Shown here piece by piece: positions 58,151 through 64,000 of a stretch of DNA of 64,000 nucleotides. The translations under genes were made by a program, and so were the position numbers. The stretch is from Candidatus Daviesbacteria bacterium (GTDB lineage Bacteria; Patescibacteriota; Microgenomatia; Daviesbacterales; UBA10151). Positions within the stretch are counted from its first letter, which is position 1. The number at the start of each line of letters is the position of its first letter. Under the pieces are notes generated by a model, which worked only from the letters and a program-made list of their open reading frames with translations, had not been told where the DNA came from and did not search any database. The stretch is from positions 474,763 through 538,762 of the forward strand of contig JACPDA010000004.1 in assembly GCA_016184225.1 (NCBI GenBank), read 5' to 3'.

Positions 58151-58681
58151 TCAAAATTGTGGTAATTGCCTTTGGTGGGCAATCTGTTTCAGGGCTTTCT
58201 TTGTGTATGTGTTTAGTCCATAGACCCCGGAGAGTAGATTGATTGCTGAATCAACAAATGCTGGTAGCCAATTAACTCCGGTGCCGAGTCTCTCCTCCAG
58301 ATTTAAAGACTCTGCTCTCATCATCCTCACAACATCCAGTGAAGTAATTCTTGATCTCCTGGCTATACCGAAGGCTTTTTCTAATGATCCCTCTGCCTCC
58401 GCTTTATTCATTTGAGCTCCTGGAAATTCTACATTATGGCCAAATGTCTCGGCCAATACTACGGATTGGTCTTGTCTCCAACCTTCTGCAGCTTTATTGA
58501 AAGCTATCAACCCTGTTCTTTCCCACCACTGCCTGGTTGGAGCGGGTACTTTTACTTGTACTTGTTCTCCTGCAGGTTTTCTAGACCTCCTCGGCCGCAG
58601 AGTCTGTTTACCAGTGTCTAAGTTTGTCACCAGTTCCATACCCATACCTTCAAATGATCCCTGACCCTCTTTTCCTACCAT
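58151..58681 (-). CDS. hypothetical protein with anomalously high GC (~45%) relative to neighbours
   Basis: 176-aa ORF with no motif recognised. Composition is visibly G+C richer than the flanking ~30-35% GC genes. Confidence 0.5.
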   Translation of the reverse strand: MVGKEGQGSFEGMGMELVTNLDTGKQTLRPRRSRKPAGEQVQVKVPAPTRQWWERTGLIAFNKAAEGWRQDQSVVLAETFGHNVEFPGAQMNKAEAEGSLEKAFGIARRSRITSLDVVRMMRAESLNLEERLGTGVNWLPAFVDSAINLLSGVYGLNTYTKKALKQIAHQRQLPQF

Positions 58682-58762
58682 ATGCTAATTATACCTTATT
58701 TTATCTTCTCTGATCAAGAAACATTATTTAAATCATTTGCCACACCATATATTTAACATTAT

Positions 58763-58840
58763 CCCTAGGTTTGAAGCTATCCAACCCCTGGGGTTGGAAT
58801 TTGTTTTGGTGTCCTATCTAAGCCACCTCCCAGGTGGGAT
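58763..58840 (+). repeat. structured repeat element, copy B (as 39510-39546 plus an inserted CCAACCCC-T-GGGGTTGG hairpin)
   Basis: CCCTAGGT...[38-nt insert]...GGTGTCCTATCTAAGCCACCT-CCC-AGGTGG; lies in the 237-nt gap between two minus-strand genes. Confidence 0.5.
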
Positions 58841-58918
58841 TGGGGTTACGTAATTTATAAAATCTTTTGTTCTGTTTGGACTGTAGTATCTAGACATAAT
58901 TAATTTTCTTTATAAATA

Positions 58919-59392
58919 TTATCTTTTCTTCTTTTTAGATACCCTTTTCTTTGTCTTTGTAGTTTTTGAAGTAGGCTGTGGAGAAGTATCAGCTATAGGT
59001 GCTTGCGTACCTTCAATAAAAGCTTGATCAATATCATATTCTGTTATGCCTTTAAACCCATTCTTTTGACATAAGTTATAAATTAATCCAACAATTTTTC
59101 TTTTTATATTTGCCGGGGATTGATTTGGATCATTTATTTGTTCATATAAGTTACTAATCTGTTTGCGGGTTTCTTTATCTTTATGAAAAGTTATTGAAAC
59201 TTTATTAAGTGATCTCCTAAACTCAGATGAAGCATAATCTCCACGAAAAGTCATTAAATCTCTTATAGCTTCATTTTTAGTCCTTTTTTCAAAATCTCTT
59301 TTACCAACAAACCATATTACAAGTCCCGCGACTAACGGGCCAACTAATCCTTGTATTAAAATACCTATAAAATTATTATCCCAACCATTCAT
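58919..59392 (-). CDS. hypothetical membrane-anchored protein with a lysine-rich C-terminal tail
   Basis: One N-terminal TM helix (FIGILIQGLVGPLVAGLVIWFVG); C-terminus TKTKKRVSKKKKR. Its start overlaps the stop of the upstream GIY-YIG gene by 4 nt. Confidence 0.5.
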   Translation of the reverse strand: MNGWDNNFIGILIQGLVGPLVAGLVIWFVGKRDFEKRTKNEAIRDLMTFRGDYASSEFRRSLNKVSITFHKDKETRKQISNLYEQINDPNQSPANIKRKIVGLIYNLCQKNGFKGITEYDIDQAFIEGTQAPIADTSPQPTSKTTKTKKRVSKKKKR

Positions 59393-59754
59393 ATTAAATT
59401 TACAACGATCGGTTGGGCAGCGGGAGACCTTTCTCCTATTAATGGACTGTAACTATCAAACAAATAAGCTTCTATGCCATCTCTAGATTGTTTATCAACA
59501 ATAGCCCATGTTACCTTCAATTGACCGTATGTTCCATACCGAGTTATTTCTGGGTTATTTTTATGCTCCTGTAATCTTAATCCAATATGACCTTGTCCAA
59601 CCCTAATAACTTTTGCTCCGCCTGCACCTACATACCAAATTATATATACACCTTCTTTACTCAGGAAATAAGGGGCGTTCAGGTTTAATCGCAGGAGGTC
59701 AAACCATTGATTATTATTTGAATTCTTTACCCAATGTACATTAAGACTTTGCAT
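59389..59754 (-). CDS. small GIY-YIG nuclease-domain protein (YhbQ/COG2827-like)
   Basis: GVYIIWYVG...KVIRVGQGHIGLRLQEHKN and a later ...RDGIEAYLFDSYSPLIGE fit the GIY / YIG / Arg / Glu core. Confidence 0.55.
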   Translation of the reverse strand: MQSLNVHWVKNSNNNQWFDLLRLNLNAPYFLSKEGVYIIWYVGAGGAKVIRVGQGHIGLRLQEHKNNPEITRYGTYGQLKVTWAIVDKQSRDGIEAYLFDSYSPLIGERSPAAQPIVVNLI

Positions 59755-59934
59755 AACTCGTTAATCTATTATAACCGAAGTTTTAAACTTTGTATTTAGT
59801 TTTTTGTATAGCTTCCATTTTTATCCTCCACAATTTTAATTTCTTCCGGCATTAGGCCGTAGAGTTTATAAGCAGAGCTTCTCAGCTCGCTTACAGCTTG
59901 CTGATAAACTAATTGATATATCTTCTTTTATCCT

Positions 59935-62900
59935 TTAAATATTCTTAACTTGTGCATAAAATTTATTCTTCTGACAAAGACTTTTTACAAAATCTGCATT
60001 AGAAACTTTATCTTTAGGTACACCCACATTAAAGTAGAGGCAAAAGACTAAATCGTCTATAAGGTCTTTGATCTCCTTTTGTTTCTCAAAGTCAATTACA
60101 GGAAAGGATATCAGGTCCGATAGCATAATTGTTTTGTTTTCTAATTCGAGACCATCTTGGCCATACTTTGCCTCAATAACTTTCTTTACCAGAGTGAAAT
60201 CTTTCTTAATAGGCAGCTCTATTGACTCCATATCCTTTTCCAATATTAGTTTGTTTACTTCAACGCTAACTTTGTCAAACTTTTGAACCATTATTTTTGA
60301 AAAATCAACAAAGTCTGACAATAGAATTCTCTCTAACTTTAGGAGACCTCCAGTAAGCCTAATAGTTTCTTCCTTAATGTGTTGGTTTTGATCAGTTATT
60401 TTTGGGATTCTTACAAATTCCTTAATTGCTTTTATTGGAATTAAGAATTCTTTCTCTTGCTCATTTTGGAGGTTTTTTAGAATTAATTTGTTTATAGGAG
60501 AGTTCAATAAAGAAAGGAGATAAAAAATCTCTTCCCTATTATCTGAACAAATAATTGATGCCTTTCCCATATAAAAAATAATGTGATGATCAGTAAAATA
60601 AAATTTATCCGGATTTTTAACACTCCAGACAATTTTGTATTGTTGATCTAATGTAATATACCCTTGATTATTTTGGGTAAGTTTAATTTTATTTCTATCT
60701 TTTGGATAAAACGCTTTCGGTATAAAACTAGAATAATTATAAAAAGATTTGAAATCCAACAATTCGTAAGACTCTTCACTATTGTTAATTGTTGTTATAT
60801 ATTTAGGATTTAAGACAAATCCAATATCAAAATAGAATCTACTGTTAAAATTGTGTCTTGCTAAAACATGGTTATAATAGATAGAAATTTCTTCACTTTT
60901 TCTCTTGTATTCAATATGGAAATCTAAATATTCCTTATTCTGTTGAATGAAATTCCAATTTGCGAGGTTTTGAAGAAGTTGTGATTGTAAGATTTTATTT
61001 TTTGTTGTCTTTTCTTTCCGAGCTATTTTTCTGAAGGTTTCCTCAATATTTTCACCTGAACCTAAATGATTCCAAATCTCCACTTCCTGCAAATCTCTCG
61101 GCCTATTTTTCGAAACAATCAGAATCAAACTTGACGTAGCAATTGGCTTATTCTGTTTAAGTCCCCTTCCTAAGAACATCTTGCCGCTAAAGGTGATAAT
61201 TTTTTCAATAGTTGTAAACCGAGCAAGGTGATACCTAATTACATCCAAATCGCCCGATGTTAGTACGGTCTGAGGAATGATAAAACAAAGCTTTCCATTA
61301 TCTTTTAATAAAGCTAGTCCTAGAGCAATAAAAAATGCGTAAAAATTTGGTTTTGGTGAATACCTTTTCTGTCTTTCAGAAACACTATGTAGATTTAATC
61401 CATAAACATCACTTAATTTAACCTTACCTTGTTTCATTAGGCTGAAAATTAGAATACCCTGTTTTGAGCACTCGTTATAAGAAATGTATGGTGGGTTACC
61501 AATTACGTAGTCAAATCGTCTTCGTGATGGGCGCATACTTTGTTTCATATCCGCCAGGTCACTCTTTTCTCGCATATAACTTTCAAATTCAAAATCTAAC
61601 TTTCTACTATCAAACAAGACTTGTTGACCACCTATAACATCGATATCATTTATAGTATTTTTTAATCCAGCGTCTATAAACTCTGCAATCGAATCCTTGG
61701 TCCAAAAAACTTTTATTTTCTTATCAATTGGATTGTTGTATTTCTCGTTAATAATAAGCGGTAGCATTCGCATTAAAATATTCATCTCGGCCAAATAGAG
61801 TGGGAATTCTTCAATATCTAATCCAAAGACGTTATTATTTATCAATTCCTCAATTTTTCTTGAGGTATCTTCTGATCCGTTAGGTACCGCATTTAAAATT
61901 TGATCTGTTGCACTATATAAGAAAGTCCCACTGCCACAAGACGGATCTATTATGGAAATATAGTCTCCGTCGGGATCATGATCCAATCGTTTTATTAAAC
62001 TATCTGGTGTATATCCAACTTGTTCTAGCATAAAGTTAACGATAGCTGGATCTGTAAAATACTGTCCTTTCTTGGATTCTTCATATAATTCTTTTAGGTA
62101 ATTTTCATAAATATAGCCAAAGATTTCATTTCTAACGTTTGCAAAATTGTATTTTTTGATGAAGATGAAGATATCAAGCCATGGAGATACATCAGAAAGG
62201 CTATTTTCAACCCTATGGTAGAGTTCTTGAATTTTGTCTTTGATAAACGCCTGCTCTTTAGTAAATGGTCTATATATATTTTTCGAAATATTTGCAGAAA
62301 TTCCCTCAATAATCCCCAGAATATCTTTATATCTTTTTTGTTTCAAAAACTGATGAATCTTTTCAACGAAACTCTCAAATTCTGTTGCGAAATCGTCAAA
62401 CTCGTTATCGACCAATGTCTTATACAGGATAAACTGTATAATATAGGCATAAGTAAGCTCGATTGCTTTCTTTTCACTTAATTTATTGTCTGAACTTTCA
62501 AGATACCCTTCAATCTTGAGTTTATTTTTAAAGCCTTCGATAAGCTTAGTTATATCTTCAAAGAAAAGTTGCCTGTTGTTATCAACGTGCAGTTTGGTTT
62601 CTTTGAGAAGCGCTAACTGCCCCACCTTTTCAAAAAATGATAGGTAATAAAACTCCGGCTTGATATACTCCTTCCAAAAGGTGATAAACAACTGTGTTTT
62701 ATCGAGCATATCCCTAAGCGTGAAGATACGATATACATTGTTGTTATAAAAACGCCAAGTGAAACCATCGGTTAAAATACCGTAGTGTTTGTCGAAATCC
62801 TTTTGGTAGTTAAAGAGTTGTTTTTCACCAACTTGAATATTTTTATAGCACTCAACTTCAATAGGAATTGCTATTTCAGGATTGATATAGATATAAAAAT

Positions 62901-63117
62901 CTGCCCTACGTTTCTCTTTAGCATTCTTCTCATGTATAAATTCATTCCTTCTATCTTGATTATTTGTAGATAATTTGCCCTCTTTCAAGCTAAAAAGATC
63001 ATCAGATGACAATATATCTTTAACGAAACTTTGAACGCCGGTACCAACTTCTTGCTTTTGATAATAGTCTTTTTCTTGATTCCATTTCCTTTTTAGTCCT
63101 GATATTTTTAAACTCAT
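59935..63117 (-). CDS. type IIL/IIG restriction-modification fusion enzyme (MmeI-like): N-terminal PD-(D/E)xK nuclease + gamma-class N6-adenine methyltransferase + target-recognition domain
   Basis: N-terminal RADFYIYINPEIAIPIEVECYK (D...E.E..K) and YGILTDGFTWRFY; MTase motif I IIDPSCGSGTFL; motif IV DYVIGNPPYISYN; ~400-aa C-terminal region; 1060 aa. Confidence 0.75.
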   Translation of the reverse strand: MSLKISGLKRKWNQEKDYYQKQEVGTGVQSFVKDILSSDDLFSLKEGKLSTNNQDRRNEFIHEKNAKEKRRADFYIYINPEIAIPIEVECYKNIQVGEKQLFNYQKDFDKHYGILTDGFTWRFYNNNVYRIFTLRDMLDKTQLFITFWKEYIKPEFYYLSFFEKVGQLALLKETKLHVDNNRQLFFEDITKLIEGFKNKLKIEGYLESSDNKLSEKKAIELTYAYIIQFILYKTLVDNEFDDFATEFESFVEKIHQFLKQKRYKDILGIIEGISANISKNIYRPFTKEQAFIKDKIQELYHRVENSLSDVSPWLDIFIFIKKYNFANVRNEIFGYIYENYLKELYEESKKGQYFTDPAIVNFMLEQVGYTPDSLIKRLDHDPDGDYISIIDPSCGSGTFLYSATDQILNAVPNGSEDTSRKIEELINNNVFGLDIEEFPLYLAEMNILMRMLPLIINEKYNNPIDKKIKVFWTKDSIAEFIDAGLKNTINDIDVIGGQQVLFDSRKLDFEFESYMREKSDLADMKQSMRPSRRRFDYVIGNPPYISYNECSKQGILIFSLMKQGKVKLSDVYGLNLHSVSERQKRYSPKPNFYAFFIALGLALLKDNGKLCFIIPQTVLTSGDLDVIRYHLARFTTIEKIITFSGKMFLGRGLKQNKPIATSSLILIVSKNRPRDLQEVEIWNHLGSGENIEETFRKIARKEKTTKNKILQSQLLQNLANWNFIQQNKEYLDFHIEYKRKSEEISIYYNHVLARHNFNSRFYFDIGFVLNPKYITTINNSEESYELLDFKSFYNYSSFIPKAFYPKDRNKIKLTQNNQGYITLDQQYKIVWSVKNPDKFYFTDHHIIFYMGKASIICSDNREEIFYLLSLLNSPINKLILKNLQNEQEKEFLIPIKAIKEFVRIPKITDQNQHIKEETIRLTGGLLKLERILLSDFVDFSKIMVQKFDKVSVEVNKLILEKDMESIELPIKKDFTLVKKVIEAKYGQDGLELENKTIMLSDLISFPVIDFEKQKEIKDLIDDLVFCLYFNVGVPKDKVSNADFVKSLCQKNKFYAQVKNI

Positions 63118-63129
63118 ATTTTCTTGCCT

Positions 63130-63152
63130 AATTATTGCACAAAGGATGGTTA
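63130..63152 (-). promoter_or_regulatory. conserved promoter/leader cassette, copy 1 (upstream of the R-M gene)
   Basis: ATTATTGCACAAAGGATGGTTAG on +. On the minus strand it reads CTAACCATCCTTTGTGCAATAAT-TAGGCAAGAAAAT-ATG. Confidence 0.5.
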
Positions 63153-63354
63153 GGGTCTAGGGGATAGGGTATAGTTGTTATAAATACAATACATGTCAAG
63201 GGGGTTAAAATAGATCATCTTAAGGCTACTTATTCGGGTTATATTTGTATTCCAACTTAGAATGTGGTAGAATATTGTCACAAAGACCCTGTTTCCGAAT
63301 TGTCACCGTATGGTGCGCGTTCCAAACTAACGTTTGGATAGGGACAGGGTCGAA

Positions 63355-63943
63355 TCATTTAAAATCCCAAATATCTTCAATTCTTTTTACTTCCTCGAAT
63401 TTATGAAGATAATCTTTATTTTTACCTACAAAGGTTGCATGTATACTACCGGCTATTACATCTGCAAGCTGAATTAAAGTATTCTGCTTTGAATCGGCGA
63501 ATTTTAAATCGCTAAATATTTTGTTATAATTGGTTACGTAGAGATTTTTCTCCTCGCTTATCAAATTTTAACTTAGCCTTTTTGATAAACCCTTTACTCT
63601 GTTTAAGAACCTGCATAATGATATAGTTATAAAAATCTTCCTTATAATTTCGTAGTCTCGGACTATGAATGATCTCTTTCCTGACAACTATTGCTCGTAT
63701 GCGAAATTTAAAATTCCTAACTGTTTCAATAAATTGTTTCTTAAAATTTTTATCCATTTTGTTAAATTTGAATTCATAATAATCTGAAACTTTTAATTTT
63801 CTTCGTAGTTCCTTAATTGCAAGTGAAGTTTTCTCAGCTTCTAGCGGGTCATCAAATACCGCAAGCGCTATAACAAAGCACTTGCTTGAACCTTTTTCCA
63901 GTTTAAATCCAGGATCTCCGGAATCATCAATGAAAACTAGCAT
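63355..63943 (-). pseudogene. DUF3800 family gene interrupted by a frameshift (two overlapping ORFs 63524-63979 and 63355-63564)
   Basis: N-terminal MLVFIDDSGDPG... (the DUF3800 start) in one frame and C-terminal ...SKQNTLIQLADVIAGSIH (the DUF3800 QLAD motif) in another. The frames switch near the T5/A5 run at 63546-63550. Likely true start is the ATG at 63943. Confidence 0.55.
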
Positions 63944-63977
63944 TTTCTTGCTTAAGCGCGAAGCGCGAGCTTTGCTC

Positions 63978-64000
63978 ATTATTGCACAGAGGATGGTTAG
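63978..64000 (-). promoter_or_regulatory. conserved promoter/leader cassette, copy 2 (upstream of the DUF3800 gene)
   Basis: ATTATTGCACAGAGGATGGTTAG on +, with one mismatch to copy 1. The downstream leader TTAAGCAAGAAAATG is also shared, interrupted by a CGCGCTT x2 insert. Confidence 0.5.

Noticed and set aside
58412-58621. 69-aa plus-strand ORF
   Set aside because: It is antisense within the 176-aa minus-strand gene, and its Cys/Ser/Pro-rich translation looks non-biological.
1-64000. CRISPR arrays, rRNA genes, transposases/integrases
   Set aside because: I scanned for regularly spaced direct repeats and for transposase/integrase-like translations on both strands. None were seen, and the only repeats are those reported above.

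Overview
The window is a low-GC (~35-38% by eye), gene-dense bacterial fragment that reads like a Candidate Phyla Radiation / Patescibacteria (Microgenomates-like) genome. That lineage call is inference from gene content, frequent ATGA start/stop overlaps, weak Shine-Dalgarno usage and several apparently leaderless genes. Nearly all genes from 1 to 56 kb are on the + strand.

Layout:
(1) 0.3-33 kb is a very large cell-envelope glycosylation locus. It has three tandem paralogs of a giant polytopic membrane protein with a YfhO-type C-terminus (GT-C-like), two of them paired with a small 4-TM protein. It also holds a Wzx-like flippase, a GtrB/DPM1-like GT2, further GT2s, six GT4s, three or four PMT/ArnT-like GT-C enzymes, two SAM methyltransferases, a hexapeptide acetyltransferase, an O-antigen-ligase/Wzy-like protein, a small initiating sugar-phosphotransferase and a DUF4012 protein.
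(2) 33-36 kb holds recO, glyQS and a hypothetical protein.
(3) 36.2-50.5 kb is a division/cell-wall (dcw) cluster in an unusual order: mraZ-rsmH-ftsL-ftsI-murE-murB(short)-murA-murF-mraY-ftsW-murG-ftsQ-ftsA-ftsZ. murC, murD and ddl are not present locally.
(4) 50.5-56.6 kb holds ileS, rodA, rplU, rpmA, parB and lepB (-).
(5) tRNA-Val(CAC) sits at 56664-56737.
(6) From 56.9 kb to the window end is an accessory, probably acquired, region: a zeta/CPT-like P-loop kinase plus a DUF2188 protein; a GC-rich orphan gene; a minus-strand cluster of GIY-YIG + TM protein + unknown; an MmeI-like type IIL restriction-modification fusion enzyme; and a frameshifted DUF3800 gene. The R-M gene and the DUF3800 gene each carry a copy of the same ~35-nt promoter/leader cassette.

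The most novel candidates are:
- the triplicated YfhO-like/GtrA-like/GtrB-like glycosylation machinery;
- the uncharacterised GIY-YIG/TM/176-aa module;
- the kinase-DUF2188 pair in the tRNA-adjacent island.

All identifications are from reading motifs in the supplied translations; no database search was possible.
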